A stretch of 64,000 nt of DNA from Candidatus Tectimicrobiota bacterium (GTDB lineage: Bacteria; JACPUC01): NCBI GenBank assembly GCA_016192455.1, contig JACPUC010000003.1:124001-188000 (forward strand). Reading direction: 5' to 3'. The translations under genes were made by a program, and so were the position numbers. The notes beneath the pieces are model-generated. The model searched no databases, was not told where the DNA came from, and saw only the letters and a program-made list of their open reading frames with translations. Shown here piece by piece: positions 9,275 to 20,280 of this stretch (positions are counted from its first letter, which is position 1; every line of letters starts with the position of its first letter).

Positions 9275-10822
9275 ATGACCCAGGGCAGAGACGCAGCCGG
9301 CGGCGCGCCTGGCGGCCAAGCGGGCACGCTGCTCGCCATGCGCGGCATCAGCAAGAGCTTCTACGGCGTGCGCGCCCTGCGCGGGGTTGATTTCGACCTG
9401 GCGACGGGCGAGGTGCACGCCATCGTCGGCGAGAATGGCGCCGGCAAGAGCACCCTCATCAAGGTCCTCTGCGGCGTCCTGACGGCGGAGCACGGCAGCA
9501 TCGAGCTGCAGGGGCGGCGGGTGCAGTTCACCAGCCCCGGCGACGCCTACGCGGCGGGTCTGGCGGTCATCCACCAGGAGCGCCACCTGGTGCCGCAGCT
9601 CTCGGTGGCGGAGAACGTCTGCCTGCGGCGCCTGCCGGCGCGGAGGCTCCTCGGCTGCCTGCCGGTGCTCAACCGCCGGCGCATGCTCGCCGGCACGGAG
9701 CAGCTCCTCGAGACGCTCGGCGTGCGCCTCGATCCCCGCGCCCCCGTCTCCGCCCTCAGCCCGGCCGAGCAGCAGCTCGTGGAGATCGCCAAGGCGCTGA
9801 ACCAGGAGGCCCGCATCCTGGTGATGGATGAGCCGACGGCCAGCCTGGAGGCGCACGAGGTCGAGGCCCTCTTCGCGCTCATCCGCCGCATGAAGGGGCA
9901 GGGGACCGGCACCATCTTCATCTCCCATAAGATCGACGAGGTCTACGCCATCGCCGACCGCGTCACCGTGCTGCGCGACGGCGAGGTGGCGGCGGCGCGC
10001 GCCTGCCGCGACCTGGCGCCGCAGGAGATGATCCGCCTCATCGTCGGGCGCGACGTGCGCGACCTCTACGTCAAGGAGGAGCATGCCGGCGCCGAGGTGG
10101 CGCTGGCCGCCCAGGGCTACACCTTGCAACGGTTTCGGACGCCGCTGTCGTTCGAGGCGCGGCGGGGCGAGGTGCTCGGGCTCACCGGCTTGCTGGGATC
10201 GGGCTGCGCGGAGGTTCTGCGCGGACTCTTCGGCGCCGCGCCGGTCGTCGCTGGCGAGCTGGTCGTGGGGGGCCGGCGGGGGAGGGCGCGCAGCCCCGCC
10301 GCCGCCATCGCGCGCGGCATCGCCTTCGTGCCGGAAAACCGCCAGGTCGAGGGGCTGGTGATGAATCTCTCCGTCGAGGCCAACCTCATCCTCCCCAACC
10401 TGCGCCGCGTCAGCCGCTGGGGATTCCTGTCGCGGCGGGCGGTGCGGCGGCTCGTGACGCCCCTCATGCAGCGCTTTGACATCCGCGCCCCCCGCTCCAG
10501 GACCGCCGTCAAGCACCTGAGCGGCGGCAACCAGCAGAAGGTGGTGTTGGCGAAGTGGTTCGCGGCCCAGGCGTCGATCCTGGCCCTCGATGAACCGACG
10601 CACGGCATCGATGTGGGGGCCAAGGCCGAAATCCACCGCATCATGAATCAGTTCACCGGCGCCGGGGGCAGCATCCTGCTCAGCAGCTCCGAGCTGCCGG
10701 AGGCCCTGGGGATGAGCGACCGCATGCTCGTCTTCCGCGGCGGCCGCATCACGGCGCGCTTCGAGCGCCACGAGTTCTCGCAGGAGCGCATCGTGGCCCA
10801 CGCGGCGGGCATGGCGAGCTAG
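9275..10822 (+). CDS. Sugar (CUT2) ABC transporter ATP-binding protein, two NBDs
   Basis: GENGAGKSTL, MDEPT, LSGGNQQKV, DEPTHGIDVGAK. Start uncertain. Confidence 0.92.
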   Translation: MTQGRDAAGGAPGGQAGTLLAMRGISKSFYGVRALRGVDFDLATGEVHAIVGENGAGKSTLIKVLCGVLTAEHGSIELQGRRVQFTSPGDAYAAGLAVIHQERHLVPQLSVAENVCLRRLPARRLLGCLPVLNRRRMLAGTEQLLETLGVRLDPRAPVSALSPAEQQLVEIAKALNQEARILVMDEPTASLEAHEVEALFALIRRMKGQGTGTIFISHKIDEVYAIADRVTVLRDGEVAAARACRDLAPQEMIRLIVGRDVRDLYVKEEHAGAEVALAAQGYTLQRFRTPLSFEARRGEVLGLTGLLGSGCAEVLRGLFGAAPVVAGELVVGGRRGRARSPAAAIARGIAFVPENRQVEGLVMNLSVEANLILPNLRRVSRWGFLSRRAVRRLVTPLMQRFDIRAPRSRTAVKHLSGGNQQKVVLAKWFAAQASILALDEPTHGIDVGAKAEIHRIMNQFTGAGGSILLSSSELPEALGMSDRMLVFRGGRITARFERHEFSQERIVAHAAGMAS

Positions 10823-11098
10823 TGGTGGGTCTCGCAAGTTCGCTCATATCTGTGCGGCCCTGCTCGCCGCATCGGCAAGGGGTGTGCGAGGGACCCATGC
10901 TCCCCCACACGCCCATCCCGTAGGGGCGGTTCGCGAACCGCCCCTACAAGCCGGGGCGCGCGAGGAGACACGATTCCTTCCTAGACTGAGGTTGCGGGCG
11001 GGGCAAGCCCCGCCCCTACGATCAGCCCCGGCGGATGCGGGAGGGGAGAAGGTCCTCTCGCGGAATGAGGTGATGGAACTTCGGGGAGACGATACAAG
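10819..11098 (+). mobile_element. REP-containing MITE-like element, copy 2 (longest)
   Basis: Begins CTAGTGGTGGGTCTCGCAAGTTC at the stop codon. Perfect palindrome GTAGGGGCGGTTCGCGAACCGCCCCTAC at 10920-10947 and second REP at 10996-11019. Confidence 0.75.
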
Positions 11099-11291
11099 CC
11101 CGCCGCGGCGGGCCAAGGGCGCCCCATTCCGGCCCGGGGCGCAGCCACGATGACGCGTGACGCACAAGGGGCGGGTGGGAGAGGCTCCCGCATCCGCGGG
11201 GACCGACCACCGGCCTCTCAACTCAGGGAGGGGGCCCCCCAGAAGCCCGCGCGCGCTTCTCACCCGCCCCGCCCATCGTAGGAGGGTATGC

Positions 11292-13454
<2,163 letters not shown>

Positions 13455-13541
13455 GGCGCAGCCGCGACAGGTTCGCGGGCGCCGCGACGTTGGCGGCGCC
13501 AGCCCGCGGGGGGAGCGGGCGGGGCAGGTAGGTGGTCGAGC

Positions 13542-14537
13542 ATGGTCCAATTCAATGCCGCACCGGCCGCCGCCACGCTGGCCGGCGGCGAGCGGCGACG
13601 TTCCCGCTGGTCGCTGCTGCTGGCGCGCTACCCATGGCTCATCACGCCGCTGGCGCTGCTGGTCATGTCCGCCGTCGCCGCCCTGCTCAGCGACCACTTC
13701 CTGACGGTGCGCAACGTCACGAACATCCTCAACCAAGCGGCGGTGCTGGCCATCGTCTCGGTGGGGATGACCGTGGTGATCATCAGCGGCGGCTTCGACC
13801 TTTCGGTCGGCTCGGTCGTGTCGTTGGCGGGCTGCGTCGGCGCCGCGGTGATGGTGCGGGGGAGCATCGCGGGGGGCGTGCTGGCCGGCCTGGGGATCGG
13901 GCTCCTGGTGGGGGTGATGAACGGCGTCGTGGTCAGCCTGCTCAACGTCTCCCCCTTCATCGCCACCCTCGGCGCCATGGTGCTGGTGCGCGGCGCGGCG
14001 CTCCTGTTCACGGGCGGCGTGCCCATCGTCAACCTGCCGGAGACGTTCACCGTCGTCGGCACCGAGGGGGTGTTCGGCATTCCCATTCCGGTGCTGATCA
14101 CGGCGCTCATCTTCGCGGTCTTCTGGGTGCTGCTGCAGTTCACCCCGCTGGGGCTGAAAATCTACGCCGTGGGGGGCAACCGCGAAGCCTCGCGGCTGTC
14201 GGGCGTGGCGGTGAACCGCGTCACCATCGCCGCCTACGGCATCTGCGGCGCCCTGGCCGGCGCCGCCGGCTTGGTGCTGACGGCGCGCCTGCGCTCCGGT
14301 CAACCCACGGCGGGAGAGTTCTACGAGCTCACCTCGATCGCCGCGGTGGTGTTGGGCGGCGCCTCGCTGACCGGCGGCGAGGGCAAGGTGCAGCGGACGG
14401 TCCTGGGGGTGCTGATCATCCAGGTGCTGAGCAACAGCCTGAACCTCCTCAACGTCCACTCGTACTGGCAGCGCGTCCTGGTGGGAGGGATCATCATCGT
14501 GGCGGCGGCCGTGGACCGATTCCGGCGCACGGCGTAG
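13542..14537 (+). CDS. Sugar ABC transporter permease (RbsC-like)
   Basis: GGFDLSVGS, PFIATLG, YAVGGNREASRLSGV, IAAVVLGGASLTGGEG. Confidence 0.92.
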   Translation: MVQFNAAPAAATLAGGERRRSRWSLLLARYPWLITPLALLVMSAVAALLSDHFLTVRNVTNILNQAAVLAIVSVGMTVVIISGGFDLSVGSVVSLAGCVGAAVMVRGSIAGGVLAGLGIGLLVGVMNGVVVSLLNVSPFIATLGAMVLVRGAALLFTGGVPIVNLPETFTVVGTEGVFGIPIPVLITALIFAVFWVLLQFTPLGLKIYAVGGNREASRLSGVAVNRVTIAAYGICGALAGAAGLVLTARLRSGQPTAGEFYELTSIAAVVLGGASLTGGEGKVQRTVLGVLIIQVLSNSLNLLNVHSYWQRVLVGGIIIVAAAVDRFRRTA

Positions 14538-14564
14538 GCTTCACCTGATTAGGAGGCGAGAACG

Positions 14565-15503
14565 ATGAAAGCGCGTGTTCTGCTCGTCGGGCTCATGTCG
14601 CTGGCGCTGGTTCTGGCCGCCGGCGCCGGGCGCGCTGCGGCCAAGGAGTTCACCCTGGGCGTCTCCCTGGCCAGCGACGTCAATCCCTTCTACATCGCCA
14701 TGGCCAACGGCATGAAGATGCAGGCGAAGGAAACGGGGGCCACGCTGCGCTTCGTGACCGCCAACGAGGACATGGCGACGCAGCTCAACGGCGTCCAGGA
14801 CCTCATCGCCGCCGGCGTCAATCTCATCCTCATCTCGCCGATCGATGCCGTGGCCTCCGGCGCCGCCTACGACGCCGCCGCCAAGGCCAACATCCCGATC
14901 ATGAGCATCGCGCGCGGCGCCAAGTCGGAGAAGCAGACCGCCTTCATCCGCATGAACGAGGAGCAGATCGGCGAAGAGGTCGGCCAGTGGGTGGTGAAGC
15001 AGACGGGCGGCAAGGGGAACATCGCCATGCTCTCGGGACCGGCCGGCGCCTCCTTCGCCTACTTCATGGCGCAGGGGTTCAAGCGCGAGATCGCCAAGAA
15101 CCCCGGCCTGCGGATCGTCGCCGAGCTGCACTCCGGCCTCACCCGCGAGGAGGGCCTGAAGCTGGCCGAGGACGTGCTGACGGCGCAGCGCGACCTGGCG
15201 GTCATCTACGCCGCCAACGATGAGATCGCCCTCGGCGCCTCGCAGGCCGTGCAGGCGGCGAAGCGCGCCACCATCAAGGTGACCGGGCTGAACGGCATCC
15301 CGCCCGCCGTCATGGCGGTGCGCGAGGGACGCATGGCCCTCACCGTCGGGCTCAATCCCGTCGACTGGGGAAAGCTCGGCGTGAAGACGGCGGTGGACTA
15401 CCTGAACGGCGTCAAACCCGGCAAGAACGTCTACATCCGGCACCTGCTGATCGACTCGAGCAACGCCCAGAGCATCAAGCTGCCGCCGCCGCCGAAGAAA
15501 TAA
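14565..15503 (+). CDS. Sugar ABC transporter substrate-binding protein (RbsB-like)
   Basis: Signal peptide, NPFY, YAANDEIALGA; AGGAGG RBS. Confidence 0.9.
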   Translation: MKARVLLVGLMSLALVLAAGAGRAAAKEFTLGVSLASDVNPFYIAMANGMKMQAKETGATLRFVTANEDMATQLNGVQDLIAAGVNLILISPIDAVASGAAYDAAAKANIPIMSIARGAKSEKQTAFIRMNEEQIGEEVGQWVVKQTGGKGNIAMLSGPAGASFAYFMAQGFKREIAKNPGLRIVAELHSGLTREEGLKLAEDVLTAQRDLAVIYAANDEIALGASQAVQAAKRATIKVTGLNGIPPAVMAVREGRMALTVGLNPVDWGKLGVKTAVDYLNGVKPGKNVYIRHLLIDSSNAQSIKLPPPPKK

Positions 15504-15795
15504 ACCGGCGACGGTTCGCGGCACTGCGAACCAAGGCGCGCGCCTTCCTCTGGCGCGGTGCACGCCGCGGCTGCGCCGCAGAGGTCTCCTTTGCCCCGAG
15601 GCGCGGGGAGTCCGCGCGTCGCGGGGCGGCATGGAGCGCGGCGACGGGCCTGGGCTTGCGCCTCGCGTGAGGCGCCGGCGCCGGGACTGGAACTGAGCCG
15701 GGCGGCACGTTGCCGGCGGCTTGCGCGCCAGGCGGGGAAGGGGGGCGGCGCCCCCAGCTTCCGACGTGGCTTGAACCAACGAAGGGGGGAGAGCG

Positions 15796-16785
15796 ATGGA
15801 GAAGAAACATCTGCTGCGTCTCATCTTGGCCGGCGCGCTCCTGGCGCACCTGGGTCTCCTGGCCGCCGGCGCGCCGGCGAGGGCGGCGGGCAAGGAGGTG
15901 CTCACCATCCCGGCGGTCACCCTCTCGGCGTTGCCGGCGTGGGTGGCGGCTGAGCGCGGCTACTTCACCGAGCAAGGTCTGCAGATCGAGGTGCGGCGCA
16001 TGCGGCCCGACATCTCCATCAAGGGCATGATCGCCGGCGAGGTGGTCTACGCCACCGCCATCGGCAGTGTGGTGCGGGCGGCGGTCACCGGCGTGCCCGT
16101 GAAGGCGGTGATGGCCTACCTCACGTCGGCCCTGGGGGTGATGATGACGAAGCCGGAGTGGAAGACCATCGAGTCGCTGCGCGGCGAGCCGAAGCAGATC
16201 ATCGGCACCGAGAGCGTCGGCGGCACCATGGAGTACATGCAGCGGCAGTTCCTGCGCCACTTCAAGCTGGAGCCCGGCAAGGACGTGGTGCTGCGGGTGG
16301 TGGGCTTCGCCGAGCAGCGCGCCAAGGCGCTGCAGGCCAAGGTGGTGGACGCGACCATCGTCATCCCGCCGCAGGACGAGTTCCTGAAAGAGCAGGGCTT
16401 CAACGAAGTGGTCTTCGGGCCTGACATCATCCCGGAGTTCCTCCTCGGCGGCCTCGGCACCACGGTGAAGAAGATCACCGAGGACCGCGAGGGCGTGAAG
16501 AAGGCGATCCGCGCCAGCCTGAAGGCGACGAACTACATCAACACGGAGAGCGCCGGCACCATCGACATCATCGCCCAGTGGTTCCAGCTCGAGCGGCGCT
16601 ACGCCGAGAAGACCTTCGCGCGCCTGAAGAAGGCCTTCCCGGCGGACGGCAAGGTCGGCGATGCGGCCGTCCTGGAGAACATCGAGCTGGCGAGCCAGCG
16701 CCTGAAGGATGTCGGCAAGGTTCCCGTCGAGCGGGTGGTCGACTTCGGGCTGCTGAACGAGGTGCTGAAAGAGACGAAGCGGTAG
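15796..16785 (+). CDS. NitT/TauT-family ABC substrate-binding protein (NMT1/SsuA-like)
   Basis: Signal peptide, WVAAERGYFTEQGL motif, adjacent ATPase and permease. Confidence 0.85.
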   Translation: MEKKHLLRLILAGALLAHLGLLAAGAPARAAGKEVLTIPAVTLSALPAWVAAERGYFTEQGLQIEVRRMRPDISIKGMIAGEVVYATAIGSVVRAAVTGVPVKAVMAYLTSALGVMMTKPEWKTIESLRGEPKQIIGTESVGGTMEYMQRQFLRHFKLEPGKDVVLRVVGFAEQRAKALQAKVVDATIVIPPQDEFLKEQGFNEVVFGPDIIPEFLLGGLGTTVKKITEDREGVKKAIRASLKATNYINTESAGTIDIIAQWFQLERRYAEKTFARLKKAFPADGKVGDAAVLENIELASQRLKDVGKVPVERVVDFGLLNEVLKETKR

Positions 16786-16935
16786 CGGCTGGACGCCCGG
16801 CGGACCCCTCGTGAGGCCGGCGGTTGGCGGCGCCGGGAGGGTGCGAGGCCGGGATGTCCGAGGGCTGGGGAAGCATCCGGCGCGAGGGGCGGGCGGCGAC
16901 CTCGTCGCCGCGGGGTGAGTCAGCGAGGTGGGGAG

Positions 16936-17709
16936 ATGGCGCCCTTACTGGAATTCAGCGGCGTCAGCCAGGTCTACGAAGCCGGCGGCGAGTTCACCAC
17001 CGCCCTCGAGAACGTCACCTTTACCATCAAGCCGCAGCAGTTCGTGACCATCGTGGGGCCGAGCGGCTGCGGCAAGACCACCCTGCTGAAAATCTTGGCG
17101 GGTCTCCTGGCGCCGAGCAGCGGCGAGGTGCGCTATGCCGGCAAGGCGCAGCCTCGTCCCCATCCTGATTTTGCCATGGTGTTCCAGGACTTCCGCCTTT
17201 TCCCCTGGATGACCATCCTGGCGAATGTGGAGTTCGGCCTGCGCTTCCACGGCCGCGAGCGCTCCCACGAGCGCGCGCAGGACCTCATCAAGCGTCTGGG
17301 GCTCGAGGGCTTCGAGCGCCACTACCCCTACGAGCTCTCGGGCGGCATGCAGCAGCGGGTGGGCATCGCGCGGGCCCTCTGCGTCGAGCCCAAGGTGCTG
17401 ATGATGGATGAGCCCTTCGCCGCCCTCGATGCGCAGACTCGTGAAATCCTGCAGCGTGAGATGCTCGACCTCTGGGAGCATGACCGCAAGACGGTCTGCT
17501 TCATCACCCACAGCATTGACGAGGCGATCCTCCTCGGCGACCTGCTGATCGTCATGAAGGCCCGGCCCGGCCGCATCAAGACGATGCTCGACATCACCCT
17601 CCCCCGGCCCCGCTGGCGCCGCGAGGTGAAGGAATCGCCCGCCTTCCTGGAGCTCCGCAGCCACATCTGGGAGCTGCTGGAAGAGGAGATCAACCTCCGG
17701 CGGCGGTAG
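16936..17709 (+). CDS. NitT/TauT-family ABC ATP-binding protein
   Basis: GPSGCGKTT, YPYELSGGMQQR, MDEPFAALDAQTR, ITHSIDEA. Confidence 0.93.
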   Translation: MAPLLEFSGVSQVYEAGGEFTTALENVTFTIKPQQFVTIVGPSGCGKTTLLKILAGLLAPSSGEVRYAGKAQPRPHPDFAMVFQDFRLFPWMTILANVEFGLRFHGRERSHERAQDLIKRLGLEGFERHYPYELSGGMQQRVGIARALCVEPKVLMMDEPFAALDAQTREILQREMLDLWEHDRKTVCFITHSIDEAILLGDLLIVMKARPGRIKTMLDITLPRPRWRREVKESPAFLELRSHIWELLEEEINLRRR

Positions 17710-17742
17710 CTCCGCCTCTGCATCTTCTCGCGGTCATCACCC

Positions 17743-18510
17743 ATGCGCCTGCTGAAACGGCACCGTTCCCTTGTCTTGGGCCTGAGCGGCCTGGCCGGCT
17801 TCCTGGCCGTCTGGGAGCTCGCGACCGCAACGCTGCGGCTCGTGGACCCCCTCTTCCTGAGCGCCCCCTCGGTGATCCTCTCGGAGTTCGGCAGCCTCCT
17901 GCGCAGCAGCGAGCTCAACCCCCACCTCTGGGCCAGCCTGAAGGAGTTCAGCGTGGCCCTGGCGCTGGCCATCGTGGCCGGTGTGCCGCTCGGCCTGCTG
18001 CTGGGCCGCTTGACCATCCTGGAAGAGCTCTTGGACCCGTTCATCATGGCCTTCTACTCCATGCCCAAGGTGGCGCTCCTCCCCCTTTTCCTGGTGTGGT
18101 TCGGCATCGGCTTCACGAGCATCTTCACCCTCGTCTTCGTGATGGCCGTCTTCCCCATCATCATCAACTGCCTGGCAGGGGCGAAGACCGTGAACCCGGC
18201 GCTCGTCGAAGCGGCGCGTGTCTTCGGGGCGGGGGAGAAGGACATCTTCGTCCTGGTGGTCTGGCCCTCCACCCTGCCGCTCATCCTCACCGGCATTCGT
18301 CTCGGCCTCGGCGCCGCCCTCATCGGCGTGGTGGTGGCCGAGTTCTACATCGGCAACAGCGGCCTGGGATACGTCCTCGTCGAGGCGGGGGCAACCTTCC
18401 GCACCCCGAAGATTTTCGTGGTCGTCACCCTGCTCATGGCGGCGGCCATCGTGCTGAGCAAGTGGTTGGAGTGGATCGAACGGCGTCTGGCCCCCTGGAA
18501 GTACCGCTAG
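17743..18510 (+). CDS. NitT/TauT-family ABC permease
   Basis: Hydrophobic helices, PKVALLPL..WFGIG, EAA loop, VVVAEF. Confidence 0.92.
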   Translation: MRLLKRHRSLVLGLSGLAGFLAVWELATATLRLVDPLFLSAPSVILSEFGSLLRSSELNPHLWASLKEFSVALALAIVAGVPLGLLLGRLTILEELLDPFIMAFYSMPKVALLPLFLVWFGIGFTSIFTLVFVMAVFPIIINCLAGAKTVNPALVEAARVFGAGEKDIFVLVVWPSTLPLILTGIRLGLGAALIGVVVAEFYIGNSGLGYVLVEAGATFRTPKIFVVVTLLMAAAIVLSKWLEWIERRLAPWKYR

Positions 18511-18581
18511 AAGCGCGCGGGGTCTCCCCACCCCGCCGTCTGGAACGGCGCCGCGCGGGCGCGGACGTTGCGCGGGCGATC

Positions 18582-18605
18582 GTAGGGGCGCCGCTTGCCG
18601 CGCCC
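18582..18605 (+). repeat. Isolated degenerate GTAG-type REP palindrome
   Basis: gatcGTAGGGGCGccGCTTGCCgCGCCC resembles the REP at 4384, including the preceding gatc. Confidence 0.5.
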
Positions 18606-18709
18606 GAAACGGACGATGACGCACGGGCGCGCGCGTCGCCCGAACCGGCAGCGGGGGGCCGCGCAAGGTCCGCCCCGCAAGGTGGAAATCGAAACAGGAG
18701 GTGGAGAGG

Positions 18710-20128
18710 ATGGCGCATGCCGACCTGCGTGAGTTTCTTGGGCTCTTGGAGAAGAACGGCTTGCTGGTGCGCGTCAAAGCCGAGGTGGACCCCGTCTACG
18801 AGATCGGCGCCATCGTCCGGCGGGTCTTCGACCGGCGTGGTCCCGCCCTGCTCTTCGAGAAGGTGAAGGGCAGCGCCCATGCGATGCTGAGCGGCGCCAT
18901 GGACACCTTCAAGCGCTACGCCCTGGGCATCGGCACGGCGGAGAACCCCGCCGCCATCATGGAGAAAGTGCGCTGGGCCACCAAGAATCCGCGCCCGGCG
19001 GTGGTCGTCGCTCGCGGCGTCTGCCAGGAGAACGTTATGGAAGGCGACGCCGTCGATCTCCTCGGCCTGCCGGTGCCCCTTTGGCACCGGCTGGACGGCG
19101 GCAAGTACATCGGCACCCTCGGCGTCTCCTTCGTGAAGGACCCGGAGACCGGCGTGCGCAACGTTGGCATCTACCGGCACCAGCTCCACGGCGCGGACCG
19201 CATGGGGCTGAACGGCACGCAGCAGATGGGGGTGCTGTACCAGAAGCACCAGCAGCGCGGCCGGCCGATGCCCATCGCCGTGGCGATCGGCGTCGATCCC
19301 TACGTGCTGGCGGCGAGTTGCTTCCGCCCGCCGCTGGGGCACGACGAGCTCGACATCGCCGGGGCTCTGCGCGGCGCCCCGGTGGAGATGGTGCGCTGCC
19401 GCAGCATCGATGCCGAGGCCCCGGCCAACGCCGAGATCGTCATCGAGGGCGAGGTTTCACCAAACCCGGACGACTGGGAGATGGAGGGCAACTTCGGCGA
19501 GTTCACGGGCTACTACGGCGGCATGAAGAGCCCCAAGCCGGTCATCAAGGTAAAGGCCGTCACGCACCGCAACCAGCCGATCTTCCAGGGAACCCTCGAA
19601 GGCAAGCCGCCCTCGGAGAGCACCACCCTGCGCACCATCGGTCACTCCGCCGGCGCCTGGTTCACCCTGACCCACTGCGGCACGCCCGGGTTTAAGGATT
19701 GCTACGTCACCGACATGGGGGGCGCGAACCTCTGGGTGGTCATCCAGATGAGCCGCCAGTACTACCAGGGGAACTCCCGGCAGCTCATGCGCGCTCTCTG
19801 GGCCACGGGACACTACGGCAAGTTCGCCGTCGTCGTCGATGCGGACATCGACATCTACGACCGCGGCCAGGTGGAATGGGCCATGGCGACGCGGGTGCAG
19901 CCGCACCGCGACATCATCATCACCTCGAACCGCGAGTGCGGCATCAACCTCGATCCCTCCATCCCGCCGGAGGTTCGGGAATACCCGGACACGGCGACCT
20001 CGAAGATCGGCATCGACGCCACCCTGCAGTACAAGGGCTTCGAGTTCGTCCCCCTGGCCGTTCCCAGCCCCGCCGACGTGCGGCACGTCGACGAGCGCTG
20101 GCCGGACTACGGCATCGACCTCGCTTGA
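18710..20128 (+). CDS. UbiD family (prFMN-dependent) decarboxylase
   Basis: DLREFL, GPALLFE, NVGIYR, AEIVIEG, EGNFGEFTGYY, VEWAMATR, KIGIDAT. Confidence 0.92.
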   Translation: MAHADLREFLGLLEKNGLLVRVKAEVDPVYEIGAIVRRVFDRRGPALLFEKVKGSAHAMLSGAMDTFKRYALGIGTAENPAAIMEKVRWATKNPRPAVVVARGVCQENVMEGDAVDLLGLPVPLWHRLDGGKYIGTLGVSFVKDPETGVRNVGIYRHQLHGADRMGLNGTQQMGVLYQKHQQRGRPMPIAVAIGVDPYVLAASCFRPPLGHDELDIAGALRGAPVEMVRCRSIDAEAPANAEIVIEGEVSPNPDDWEMEGNFGEFTGYYGGMKSPKPVIKVKAVTHRNQPIFQGTLEGKPPSESTTLRTIGHSAGAWFTLTHCGTPGFKDCYVTDMGGANLWVVIQMSRQYYQGNSRQLMRALWATGHYGKFAVVVDADIDIYDRGQVEWAMATRVQPHRDIIITSNRECGINLDPSIPPEVREYPDTATSKIGIDATLQYKGFEFVPLAVPSPADVRHVDERWPDYGIDLA

Positions 20129-20280
20129 TAGCTGCTGATGCGAACCGCCCGCGCGGGGCGGCGGTCGGCTTTGCGCCGCCCTTGCCGCGGGCAGCAAAAG
20201 AGGGGCGCCGCTCGCCGCGCACCCCTCACCCTTCCGCTTCGTCCTCTCCAGCGCCCCAACGCCGCCTCGCCGCGCGGCGC

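Noticed and set aside
10844-11291. Short ORFs with recurring peptides such as VGAVREPPL and RAGQAPPLR (also near 4334, 22349, 56430)
   Set aside because: These are translations of the repeated non-coding element, not a protein family.
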